64,000 bases of DNA from Oligoflexales bacterium (GTDB lineage: Bacteria; Bdellovibrionota_B; Oligoflexia; Oligoflexales; Bog-1112). The notes under the pieces were generated by a model. That model worked only from the letters and a program-made list of their open reading frames with translations, did no database searches and had not been told where the DNA came from. Positions 40,384 through 50,055 of this stretch are shown here, in pieces. The translations under genes and the position numbers were made by a program. Positions within the stretch are counted from its first letter, which is position 1. The number at the start of each line of letters is the position of its first letter. The stretch covers positions 1 through 64,000 of the forward strand of contig JBGCDR010000045.1 in the NCBI GenBank assembly GCA_045105515.1. The letters are read 5' to 3'.

Positions 40384-42594
40384 ATGGTTTTTGTAGATAA
40401 ATCGGCAAAAATAATGATCGTGGCTCAATCAGGAGCGGAAAGGCAGTTATTTTCTTCAACATTAAAAAAATCTAATTATGATGGAATTAGAACCGTAGCT
40501 AGTATCAAAGATGCTGTTGGCGTTTTAGAAGTTGAACTAATAGACTGGGTTCTTTCAACTTTATTCAAAGGTTCGGAATACAATGCATTAGCCTTGCTTG
40601 AGTTGATCTCTTCACGATTTGCACTTAAAGACACTCGCGTCACTTTAGTCTTGGAGCAAGAAGAAAGCGAAATTCTTCCAACAGCTTATGAGCTGGGTTT
40701 ACTTAATCACATTCTTAAACCATTCAATAAGGACAGCTTGCTGGATCTTTTTGATAATTTTCATAAAAATTTCGAACAGTTCTCTTGGAGTCATGCTAGG
40801 TTTGCTGCTGCTAGCCTTAGACAATACCTGCAAGCTGAAAAAAAACACCAGTCTCTTCTCAACCTTGAAAAGGGAATGCTTGGACTTTTTCCTGGAGAGT
40901 TAGAATATTTACTAAATATGGCAAAGCCGCAGCTTGCTTTAGGAATGAAAGATAAGGCTAAAGCAAGCTTGTGCCAAGCAAAGCTGATAGCTTTTGGTCA
41001 AGATTCTAAAGTGAATGAAGTAGCAAGAGAGGTCTTAGGTGAAGAAGAAGCTGAAAAGCTCGATGAAAACCATCAAAGTGGAGCTGCGATTAACTCCCTT
41101 GGTTTAAAAAAATGTGTGATTATAGATTCGGATGATGCAGCTCGTAAACTTTGTGCTGATAGCCTGAAAAACCTTGGTATTGAACAAGTACTTGAGTTTG
41201 ATAATGGTGAATCTGCATGGCAGTGGTTGTCAGTCAATAAAGATTTTGATTTAATTTTGCAGGAATGGAGGATTCCTAAACTTACTGGACCCCTTCTGGT
41301 TCAACGCATTAGACAGAAATTTCCTGTTTGTCCTATTATTGCGATTTCATCACTCTTAGGAGAAGATGATATACCCTTGGTTCAGGAAATGGGAATTGCC
41401 TCTATTGTAAAAAAGCCTCTTAATAAAGATGATCTCACAAAAAGAGTTGTTTATGTGGTGCAGCAAGATCGTGTGCCAACCAAGGTGCAAGTTCTCGAAG
41501 ACAAAATTCGTAGACTACTTGAAGCAAAAAAATACAAAGAAGCACTAGCCCTGCGCGAAAAGTTTAAGAGGAACAAGGATATTCCAGAGGCTAGAAAGAA
41601 AATAATCGAGGCAGAGTTCGCATACAGTGAATCTAAGTTTGAAAAAGCCAGGGATCTCGCAATGGAAGTATTACGAACCCAGAGTGACTCCATAAATATT
41701 TTGAACTTTATCGGCAAATGCCTTATGCAACTTAATGATTTTGTTGCTGCACTTAAGTGCTTTAAAAAAGCTCAAACTATGTCTCCTAAAAATGTTCAGC
41801 GTCTATGTGCGATTGCTGAAGCAAGTAATGAAGTCGGTGATTCAAAATCTGCCGGAGAAGCTATTGAACAAGCTCAGAAGATAGACCATGGTAACCAAGC
41901 AATAGAACAAACACAGATAACGATGGATATCAGCTCAGGTAATACTGAAAAAGCCAAAGCAGTTTTAGAAAATCTAGAAAGCTTATCCAATGTGGTTTCC
42001 TATTTAAATAATAAGGCTATTGCTTGTGCGCGCAGTGGTTTGTTTGATGATGGCATCAATCTTTATAAAAAGACATTGGAATCAATTCCTCAGAAAAGAA
42101 TGGAGCACAAGTCCATAGTAAGCTATAATTTGGCTCTCGCCTTTGCGCGTATGGATAAGCTTGATGAAGCTATAAACCAGCTCGAGATGGTTATGGGACT
42201 TGGAAAATCGCAAGTATACTTAAAAGCTAAATCTTTGTTAGCAAAAATAAACAAGGCTCAAAAATATGGTTCAAAGCTACAGCTAAATGAAAGCAATGAA
42301 TCAAAGGATACAGATACCATACAGAGTGAAATAAAAAGGCTCAATGCAGAGAAAAAACCTGGAAAAAAAGATGAAAAACGAGAGGAAAGTAGTCTTAAGC
42401 AACATAATGAAATTATCGCTGCCATGGACTCCGATCCTGGTGATTTATGTTGCTACAGAGTTTTTGTAAATCCAGAAAAATCAAGCCCCATAGTTGGAGG
42501 GCTTTTGAAACATAAAATTCGCTTTACTCCTCGTGAGGTGGTGGCACGCCAAGAAGCTGCGGGTTTAGAAAAGCTATTAAAGCGAGAGTCTTAG
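40384..42594 (+). CDS. pseudo-receiver / TPR protein, paralog 3 of 3
   Basis: start moved to ATG 40384 by alignment with paralogs; IIDSDD...LILQEWRIPKLTG; MSPKNVQRLC; PGDLCCYRVF; EAAGLEK. Confidence 0.8.
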   Translation: MVFVDKSAKIMIVAQSGAERQLFSSTLKKSNYDGIRTVASIKDAVGVLEVELIDWVLSTLFKGSEYNALALLELISSRFALKDTRVTLVLEQEESEILPTAYELGLLNHILKPFNKDSLLDLFDNFHKNFEQFSWSHARFAAASLRQYLQAEKKHQSLLNLEKGMLGLFPGELEYLLNMAKPQLALGMKDKAKASLCQAKLIAFGQDSKVNEVAREVLGEEEAEKLDENHQSGAAINSLGLKKCVIIDSDDAARKLCADSLKNLGIEQVLEFDNGESAWQWLSVNKDFDLILQEWRIPKLTGPLLVQRIRQKFPVCPIIAISSLLGEDDIPLVQEMGIASIVKKPLNKDDLTKRVVYVVQQDRVPTKVQVLEDKIRRLLEAKKYKEALALREKFKRNKDIPEARKKIIEAEFAYSESKFEKARDLAMEVLRTQSDSINILNFIGKCLMQLNDFVAALKCFKKAQTMSPKNVQRLCAIAEASNEVGDSKSAGEAIEQAQKIDHGNQAIEQTQITMDISSGNTEKAKAVLENLESLSNVVSYLNNKAIACARSGLFDDGINLYKKTLESIPQKRMEHKSIVSYNLALAFARMDKLDEAINQLEMVMGLGKSQVYLKAKSLLAKINKAQKYGSKLQLNESNESKDTDTIQSEIKRLNAEKKPGKKDEKREESSLKQHNEIIAAMDSDPGDLCCYRVFVNPEKSSPIVGGLLKHKIRFTPREVVARQEAAGLEKLLKRES

Positions 42595-42605
42595 TTATTT
42601 GGATG

Positions 42606-44243
42606 TTAATGAATAACCGAAAAATCACTACCGATTAAAGATAAAGATGTCTGCCCACGCCAAAAATTTCTTCCTGCAGACACTAGAAAATGAGCCTTTT
42701 TTGCAAGTTTCAAATCTTCAAATACTTCATTAAAAAACATGATTTTATATGAGTTCTCGTGTTTGATGCTCACTGCTGTATGCCTCGGTAAGCCAGTTTT
42801 TTTATCGTTATAGAATACGGTTGATTCAATTTCTGCCTCTAGATGGAACAAAGGCTCTTCAAACTGGTGACCGAATGGGCGTAAATGTTCGAGGTGGTCG
42901 GTAAGCGGAAGGTAAAGAAGTTTTTCACCAATGGTAAAATCATAGGAAATGCTACTTTCCCAAAGTTTAGGTTCCTGAGTCTTAATCTTCAGTGCATGCG
43001 ATTCTAGACAGTTCCTTATATTGTCTTCGTTTTGTGAGGAGAAAGAAAATCCTCCAGCAGCACTGTGTCCACCAAATTTGCTAAATAGGTGAGAAGCTGC
43101 TGACATAGCGTCAGTTACATCGAAGCCCGGAATAGACCGTGCTGAACCTTTGCAGAAATCTTCATTTTTCTGAAATAGCCATACCGGTCGCCAAAATTCT
43201 TCGGCTATCTTACTAGCAGCGATACCAACAACTCCTTGATGCCAGTTCCCTCCAAGGAAAAGTACAGGTCTATCGAGGTATGCTTTTGCTTGCTCTCTTG
43301 CTTCTTCTACGATGCTTTGCTGTATAAGCTTGCGTTTCTCATTGCAGATTCCCATATGCCTAATGAGAGGATCCGGGTCACCTTCAATGAAGGCAACGAC
43401 GACTTTGTTTGCATGTTCCAAACGCCCTACCGCATTGATGCGGGGGCCGAGCCGAAAGCCTACATCGCGCTCATCCATGCTTTGGTTTTGGATTGAGGAA
43501 GCTGCGATCAGTTTTTTGAGGACTTGCCGATCACTGCGTAGCAATGCAGCAACTCCATGCTGGGCTAGCTTGTGGTTGACCCCATTTAAAGGCACCACAT
43601 CGCAAATAGTAGCCATGCCGGTTAGTGCTAGAATGTCAGTCCAGACGTTGGAAGTAACTTGAAAGACTTCTCCAAGTTTCCTCAATAGGACAAAGGTAAT
43701 ACCGCATCCACAAAGCTCTTGATAAAGAGGGTCTGGGTGCATTTTAGGATTAAGGATGATGCAGTCTGGCATTTTATCTGCTTGAATTTTATGATGATCT
43801 GTACAGATAAAATCTACTCCGGCCTCCTTGCACCACTTTGCCTCTTCGTTTGCTGTGATTCCCGTGTCCATGGTGATGATAAGTTCAGCTTTTTCTTCGT
43901 GCACTAAGTACTGTACCGCATTTAGGTTGACACCGTAGCCTTCTGCAAAGCGGTCAGGAATATAGTAGGTAAAGTTGTTATAGCCAATACTTTGTAAAAA
44001 CCAGATCCAGCTTACACAGCTCATGGTCCCATCGACATCATAGTCAGCATAGAGTGCGATCCTTTTATTGTTTTTGATAGCTTTTAAAAGGGTGTTGAAG
44101 GCGGCTGTTAAGCCATAGTCTCCGTACTTTAGCTGGTCTATCTCGGTAAATGCCCTGTTCTGACAAATTTGGAGGGTTAACTCGTTGTAATTTTGTGGAT
44201 TTATTGAAGCTCGTGGCTTCCAGTGTTTAAATCGGTAACCCAT
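42606..44243 (-). CDS. recJ: ssDNA-specific exonuclease RecJ
   Basis: DYDVDG, EGYG, MDTG, TDHH, TICDVVPL, PRINAVGRL, GSARS, GGH. Confidence 0.93.
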   Translation of the reverse strand: MGYRFKHWKPRASINPQNYNELTLQICQNRAFTEIDQLKYGDYGLTAAFNTLLKAIKNNKRIALYADYDVDGTMSCVSWIWFLQSIGYNNFTYYIPDRFAEGYGVNLNAVQYLVHEEKAELIITMDTGITANEEAKWCKEAGVDFICTDHHKIQADKMPDCIILNPKMHPDPLYQELCGCGITFVLLRKLGEVFQVTSNVWTDILALTGMATICDVVPLNGVNHKLAQHGVAALLRSDRQVLKKLIAASSIQNQSMDERDVGFRLGPRINAVGRLEHANKVVVAFIEGDPDPLIRHMGICNEKRKLIQQSIVEEAREQAKAYLDRPVLFLGGNWHQGVVGIAASKIAEEFWRPVWLFQKNEDFCKGSARSIPGFDVTDAMSAASHLFSKFGGHSAAGGFSFSSQNEDNIRNCLESHALKIKTQEPKLWESSISYDFTIGEKLLYLPLTDHLEHLRPFGHQFEEPLFHLEAEIESTVFYNDKKTGLPRHTAVSIKHENSYKIMFFNEVFEDLKLAKKAHFLVSAGRNFWRGQTSLSLIGSDFSVIH

Positions 44244-44411
44244 GATATCCCTATATTTTTTGTGCTGGAATCTGCGGTAGAATTCAAGTGTTTCAATAGC
44301 TTAGATAAGTTGCAGCAGGTGCTGGTACAGTAAAGCTATCTACTATATAAGATGCCCCAGGCCCTACCACAAGAAAAGTCTGTAAATTTGATCGATCAGC
44401 TTGCGGCAGGC

Positions 44412-44438
44412 TAAATTTCTATTTGCTTTTACCGATGA
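44412..44438 (+). promoter_or_regulatory. putative sigma28-type promoter
   Basis: TAAA-N15-ACCGATGA upstream of the PilZ gene. Confidence 0.6.
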
Positions 44439-44503
44439 ATGGGGATGAGATGGAGGATTTTGCGCTAGCATGCCATTTGATGGCTTTTTGCTGAGGTGAC
44501 TTT

Positions 44504-44923
44504 GTGGTCGGGTTAAGAAAAAACACTAAGAAACAAGAAAATATTAAGGATGTTAGACTAAGGTTCTGCAACCTAAAAGCTCGTGAAAAAAAAGCTATTA
44601 CCGAATTTATTGCAATAAATATCTCTAAAGATGCAGGTACCGCCGACAAAAAATTCGATCCAAACTCTCCCAAAGAGAAGCGCAGGGACATTCGGGTTGT
44701 TTTAAGCCGTTTTGAAGTTAGCGTCCATGCTGATGCTGGCCCCACCCTTGAAGCCCAGGATTTCAAGGGACAGCTTACTGATCTGTCTACAGGAGGTTGC
44801 TGTATTAGGGTTGCTCAGGATGTAAAGCTCACAAAGAATAGTAAAGCAAAAATATCACTAGAATTTATCCTACCAGGATTTAGCCCTGACGTAGAAATTC
44901 TGGGACTTCGTTACGACGATTAG
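44504..44923 (+). CDS. PilZ-domain c-di-GMP receptor-like protein
   Basis: RRDIR (RxxxR) and DLSTGG (DxSxxG); GTG start after GAGGTG. Confidence 0.75.
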   Translation: MVGLRKNTKKQENIKDVRLRFCNLKAREKKAITEFIAINISKDAGTADKKFDPNSPKEKRRDIRVVLSRFEVSVHADAGPTLEAQDFKGQLTDLSTGGCCIRVAQDVKLTKNSKAKISLEFILPGFSPDVEILGLRYDD

Positions 44924-45012
44924 AAATTTTAAATTTTCTCTCTCGATTTTTTAAAAAAGCTGCCATAACTAATCGCTGAACTTGGTTTTCCACCTATAGG
45001 AAAGGTTTCACA

Positions 45013-45399
45013 ATGAGAGAAGTTTTAAGCTCCCCAAATCTTCCTGCTCCTCAGTTTCGGTATAGTGCATTTATCAAAGCAGGTCCCTTTTACTACACAG
45101 CTGGTATGATTGCATTGGATATGAAAACTCAGAAGATGCTTAATAGTAATTTTGAAGAAGAAAGTAGACGAATATTAGAAAATTTACGAGGAGCCCTTCC
45201 TGATTTTGGACTTAGTTTTGAAAATCTGATTTCAGCTAAGATATATACAACAAATCTTCAGGAATTTTCAAAGATCAATCAGGTTTGGGAGGAGTACTTT
45301 CCAGATGGACTTATTCCCCCTACCCGTACTTCAATGGGGGTAGCAGCACTTCCATTGGGAGCAAAAGTAGAAATGGAATTTGTATTGTATAAGTCTTAA
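45013..45399 (+). CDS. RidA/YjgF family protein
   Basis: YSAFIKAG, YTAGMI, INQVWEEYF, PPTRT, LPLGAKVEME. Confidence 0.9.
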   Translation: MREVLSSPNLPAPQFRYSAFIKAGPFYYTAGMIALDMKTQKMLNSNFEEESRRILENLRGALPDFGLSFENLISAKIYTTNLQEFSKINQVWEEYFPDGLIPPTRTSMGVAALPLGAKVEMEFVLYKS

Positions 45400-45650
45400 T
45401 GCCGAGATCCAGTTCCTTGTAAGAATTTATTCCAAATTTTTTATGTTTCTATTTGTTATTTTTGAGATAGAAACTCATTTCCCAACCTAATAATAGTTCT
45501 GGAATAAGAATTTTTAGTTTTCCTTAGAATCATTAGGTATACCAGTGTTTGCTCAGCCTTATCAGTTTAAGTTTATTTACATCTAAGTAAAAAGAATGTT
45601 AGGATCCTGCATATTAAGCTAAAATATCTATCCGTTGAGGAGGGTTAAAG

Positions 45651-46637
45651 ATGAGGGTGCGAGTCTTTTTGCTATTGCTTTGCTTTTACCATAATTCGGC
45701 ATACCAAGCTTTGGGAAAAACAGCACCACGACCTTTCGTAATTAATCCTCAAAATATAGTTAAGGATATTTTTAAAAAATACAAAACACCAGAAGAAATT
45801 CTGTGGAGTCAATATTTTGAGATAGATTTACAGTCCATTAGACTTCTTCATTCCGGTTTATTTCAAGAAGCTGAATGGAGGCTGGCTGAAGAAGGAAATA
45901 AAATAGGAGAGGAAGCCGTTCATTCCTTTTTAAATAGAATTATGGCTGAGGGTAAAGTCTTTGACCTCAAAGACTTAGGTATGGGTGGGGCAACTAGACC
46001 CCAGGCTGCCTCACTGTCTTATGGAGTCGTTGGCGTTTTTAAGGAGAAGAAGTCTCTGCATCCTTCAGCAGATTATAGGTCAGAAATTGCTGCTTATAAT
46101 TTTGATAGGCTTATTGGATTTCGTCTAGTTCCTATGACTGTAAAAAGAAAAATCAACAAGCGTAAAGGCTCAATGCAGTATTTTGTCAAAAATTCAGAGA
46201 GTGTTGTTAAACTAAAGGATTATCGAAGGAGTAAGAATCTCAACGTATTTGATTATTTGATCAGTAATAAGGATCGGAATGAGGGCAATTTACTGATAGC
46301 AAACGGTCGGGAAATTGCTATTGATCACGGGCTTGCTTTACGCGGAGCAAATCTACTTGGAAGGTACCTAAAGCTTACCGATCGCGTAGCAAATACCTTT
46401 GGGATTGCCAGTCACCCTATTAGACAAATAATCATTCACCCTTCAAGGCAAATAGAAGAATATCAGGCAGATGAATCTATATTGAAAGGACTTGAATTTC
46501 TAAGTTTGGAAGATTTAAGAAACTCACTCAAAAAAAATTTAGATGAAAGTAGGATTAATCGAATTTTTGATAAAAAAAATAGGCTATTAAATAAGTTGAT
46601 AGCTGCGGATCTTTATGCTGGTCATAGCCTACTATAA
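45651..46637 (+). CDS. secreted atypical kinase (PI3K/PI4K- or HipA-like fold)
   Basis: signal peptide; GVFK, SEIAAY, VPMTV, GSMQ, FDYLISNKDRNEGN, IDHG. Confidence 0.6.
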   Translation: MRVRVFLLLLCFYHNSAYQALGKTAPRPFVINPQNIVKDIFKKYKTPEEILWSQYFEIDLQSIRLLHSGLFQEAEWRLAEEGNKIGEEAVHSFLNRIMAEGKVFDLKDLGMGGATRPQAASLSYGVVGVFKEKKSLHPSADYRSEIAAYNFDRLIGFRLVPMTVKRKINKRKGSMQYFVKNSESVVKLKDYRRSKNLNVFDYLISNKDRNEGNLLIANGREIAIDHGLALRGANLLGRYLKLTDRVANTFGIASHPIRQIIIHPSRQIEEYQADESILKGLEFLSLEDLRNSLKKNLDESRINRIFDKKNRLLNKLIAADLYAGHSLL

Positions 46638-46759
46638 ATAAATTAGTTATGAGTGCGTCTTAAAATGTGTTTTTTGCATATTCTCAGAATTTTCTAATAC
46701 TAAATAATTGCTTAGCACTCTACTCCTCCAAATGAATCATACGTGATAGCCGAGCTTGC

Positions 46760-46786
46760 TAAGGTCTCGATGATTTTGTCCGAAAG
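46760..46786 (+). promoter_or_regulatory. putative sigma28-type promoter of the che operon
   Basis: TAAG-N15-TCCGAAAG, 46 nt upstream of cheA ATG. Confidence 0.5.
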
Positions 46787-46832
46787 ATTCCCTGAGCACA
46801 TCTATCTGAATAAAGGGTTTACCGAGGATTGA

Positions 46833-49583
46833 ATGGTAGATATTGACCCTACATTGATGCAGACTTTTCTTGAGGAGTCTGAGGAAAATCTAGCAATAGC
46901 AGAAAAGCATTTGCTAGAGATGGAAAATAGCGATCAATTCACCTTAGATGACATCAGTGCGATATTTAGGGCTATTCATTCTTTCAAAGGAGGCAGTTCC
47001 TTTTTTAATTTAACGACTTTAGTAAACTTACTCCATGTTGTCGAAAGTCTTTTGTCGAATTTACAAAATTCCGTTTTTCCTCCAAGCAAAGAAATGTTCT
47101 CAGCTGTCTTAGAATCTCTAGATGTTGCCAGGACAATGTTGTATGCGCAAGATTATGGAGAATCGACTGATATCACTCTTTATGTAGGAAAAATAACTCA
47201 ATTAAATGCTAACGGACTTAATAAGAATACTGGGCTTCATCTATTTGATGAGGATGAGGAACAGTCTGAACCAGCAGCTGACCCGGTGAATTCGGACCCA
47301 GAGGCAACAGAAAAAAAAGTTCCTAATGAATCGAATAGGCATCATCTTGAAACTTCTCAAGTAGATGCCTCAAAGATCTCGGCATTTGAAGGTGAAAAAA
47401 AACAAAGTCCGACAAAACCTAGCACTATAAAAGCTCCAAATACAATAAACAAGTCAAGTGAACTTGAGAAAGAATCAAATAATAAACGCAGAGATAATGA
47501 ACCTCGTAAATCGCAGCAAAGTAGCACGGTAAGGGTAAAAACTGAACTTATTGATAATATTCTTGATCAGGTGGGAGAAGTTATTTTAGTGAGAAACCAG
47601 CTTGCTAAAAAATATCCTGATGAGGACATGGTTGGGGCTCTATCCCAGCGAATTGGCAAGCTCCACAATACTATACTTGAAACCCGGATGCAGTCTGTTT
47701 CAACTCTTTTCGAAAAATTTCACCGAGTTGTTCGCGATTTATCTTTGCAATTGGATAAAAATATAGTCCTTCATATCGATGCTGGTGAAGTCGAGCTTGA
47801 TCGAACTATTTTGGAGTCGTTTTCTGATCCTATGACTCATTTAGTGAGAAATGCTGCTGATCATGGCCTCGAATCAACCAACGAACGGGTACACATTGGC
47901 AAAAGTCCACAGGGAAATCTTTATTTGAGTGCTAGCCAGAAGGGGGGCAAAGTTGAAATCGAAGTTGAAGATGATGGTGCTGGAATCGATGTTGAGAAAG
48001 TAAGAGAAAGAGCAGTAGAAAAAGGTCTTATTAGTGATCATATGGCCGAAGAAATGAGTGAGTCTGCATGCATGAACCTTATTATGCTTCCTGGTTTTTC
48101 AACTAGACTTGAAGCATCGGAGTTATCCGGTAGAGGGGTTGGAATGGATGTAGTTAAAAGCTCGGTGGAGGATGCTGGTGGTGCCTTAAAAGTTTTCTCA
48201 CGTCAAGGAAAAGGAACAAAATTTACTGCATCCTTTCCGTTAACTTTGGCAATAGCGACAGCTCTTATTGTCAAAGCTAAGGATCAAAGATTTGCGATAC
48301 CTGAGCTAATGGTAGACGAAATTTCTACAATACGTTGGAGTCAAAGAGATGAGGTTATCAAGATAAGTGAAGGACAAATGTTTTTCAAGCACCGAGGTGT
48401 GCTTATTCCTACTGTATTGTTATCTGATATTTTGCAGATAAATAATAATGGGACATCTCAAATTGATAAATATATGTTTAAAAATGTTGTCCTGTGCAAG
48501 CACAACGGAATTCCATTTTCTGTCATTGTTGATAAAATCCTTAATATCGAGGATATAGCGGTAAAAGGCCTTCCTTTACTCATTTCAGATTGTAGTGTTT
48601 TTTCCGGATTGACAGTCCTAGAGAATGGCGAAGTTTCAATGTTACTGGACATTTCTAAGGTAGGCGAAGATATTTTATCAAGAACTGCAACCAATGTTCA
48701 TGAAGATGAGGTGAACGATCTTAAGCAGACTGCGGGTGAAAGTCGCAAAGAGCAAATCATAGTTTTCACAAATGCAGAAAATGAGTACTTTGGTATTCAT
48801 ATAGACTTTTTATCTGAAATTAGTGCAATTAAATCGGAAGAAGTTGAGAAAGTTGGAGACGCTGAGTTTTATAAGCTACATGGAAATCATGTTCCTTTGA
48901 TTAGAATTGAAGACTATTTGCCTATTTCTGTTCCTGAGGACAGAAATAATCTCTTGGTTTTTGTATCTTCGACAAATTTTCCTATTGGAATTATCGCAAC
49001 TAAAGCAATCAAAGTTCAGCATATTGGTGATGATTTGAATTCCAAGCTTGCAGATCGTAATGGGATTCTTTCAACTATAATCGATGACGGACATATGGTA
49101 ACTATTCTTGATATGTATGCCCTGTTCCGGAGAAGAGCTCCCGAACACTTTAAATCATTCGAAAATATTGGTAAGGGAGTTTGTGTCTTGCTCGTAGAAG
49201 ATACTTCTTTCTTTATAGTATTGCTGAGTCAATATCTTAAGGAAGCAGGTTTCGAAGTGATTGTCGCAAAAGATGGAGTTGAAGCGTTAGAGAAGCTTCA
49301 TAAGGAAGAAAATCAAATTAAGGCGATGATATCTGATATTATTATGCCTAAGATGGATGGGTTTGAACTTATAGAGCGAGTTAGACGTAGTAAAATAAAG
49401 CAAATTGCAAATATTCCTTCCATTGCTGTGACGGCAATTAGTGAAGAAGAACATATTTCAAGAATTAAGGAATCAGGGTTTGATGCCTGTATCTCTAAAA
49501 ATGAGAAAGATAAGCTACTTAGTCGGCTTTATAATTTGGTTATTCAGGATGCTGAAACTATTGCAATTAAGAAAGCTTCGTAG
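46833..49583 (+). CDS. cheA: hybrid CheA kinase (Hpt-dimer-HATPase-CheW-CheW-REC)
   Basis: FRAIHSFKG, HLVRNAADHG, DDGAG, SGRGVGMDVV, two CheW-like domains, ISDIIMPKMDG receiver. Confidence 0.92.
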   Translation: MVDIDPTLMQTFLEESEENLAIAEKHLLEMENSDQFTLDDISAIFRAIHSFKGGSSFFNLTTLVNLLHVVESLLSNLQNSVFPPSKEMFSAVLESLDVARTMLYAQDYGESTDITLYVGKITQLNANGLNKNTGLHLFDEDEEQSEPAADPVNSDPEATEKKVPNESNRHHLETSQVDASKISAFEGEKKQSPTKPSTIKAPNTINKSSELEKESNNKRRDNEPRKSQQSSTVRVKTELIDNILDQVGEVILVRNQLAKKYPDEDMVGALSQRIGKLHNTILETRMQSVSTLFEKFHRVVRDLSLQLDKNIVLHIDAGEVELDRTILESFSDPMTHLVRNAADHGLESTNERVHIGKSPQGNLYLSASQKGGKVEIEVEDDGAGIDVEKVRERAVEKGLISDHMAEEMSESACMNLIMLPGFSTRLEASELSGRGVGMDVVKSSVEDAGGALKVFSRQGKGTKFTASFPLTLAIATALIVKAKDQRFAIPELMVDEISTIRWSQRDEVIKISEGQMFFKHRGVLIPTVLLSDILQINNNGTSQIDKYMFKNVVLCKHNGIPFSVIVDKILNIEDIAVKGLPLLISDCSVFSGLTVLENGEVSMLLDISKVGEDILSRTATNVHEDEVNDLKQTAGESRKEQIIVFTNAENEYFGIHIDFLSEISAIKSEEVEKVGDAEFYKLHGNHVPLIRIEDYLPISVPEDRNNLLVFVSSTNFPIGIIATKAIKVQHIGDDLNSKLADRNGILSTIIDDGHMVTILDMYALFRRRAPEHFKSFENIGKGVCVLLVEDTSFFIVLLSQYLKEAGFEVIVAKDGVEALEKLHKEENQIKAMISDIIMPKMDGFELIERVRRSKIKQIANIPSIAVTAISEEEHISRIKESGFDACISKNEKDKLLSRLYNLVIQDAETIAIKKAS

Positions 49584-49591
49584 AGGTTTGT

Positions 49592-50053
49592 ATGCGCTAT
49601 TCAGTCTTCACAGCAGGAAAATCCTATTACGGAATTCCTATACAGCAGGTTCAAGAATTTGATTTTGAATATAAACTGTCCCCTGTACCCTATGCTGACT
49701 CTCGAATTTCAGGAGTATCCAGTTTACGTGGTAGAATCATAACGGTTATTGATTTGCGCAAGTGTCTTGGTATTAAGGAAGGAAATGAACCAAGGAGGAG
49801 AAAGGTACTGGTGCTTGATTCTATCCAATTGTGTAAAGACTATGATACCTTCGATGAAAGGTTTTCTAAAGATGTGCTAGGAGTGGTTGTTGATCGTATA
49901 GAGGGAATTGTTGATCTGGACTTTCATCACTCTTTAAATATCGACCAATCAAAAAAAGGGAACTTTATTGAAGCGGTTGTTAACCATGAAGATAAAGTTC
50001 TAAATTTGTTGTCATTTCCGTTAATTATTCAAGATATTTATAAAGGACCATAG
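49592..50053 (+). CDS. cheW: chemotaxis adaptor CheW
   Basis: YGIPIQQVQE, SPVP, GVSSLRGRIITVIDLR, GVVVDRI. Confidence 0.88.
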   Translation: MRYSVFTAGKSYYGIPIQQVQEFDFEYKLSPVPYADSRISGVSSLRGRIITVIDLRKCLGIKEGNEPRRRKVLVLDSIQLCKDYDTFDERFSKDVLGVVVDRIEGIVDLDFHHSLNIDQSKKGNFIEAVVNHEDKVLNLLSFPLIIQDIYKGP

Positions 50054-50055
50054 GT

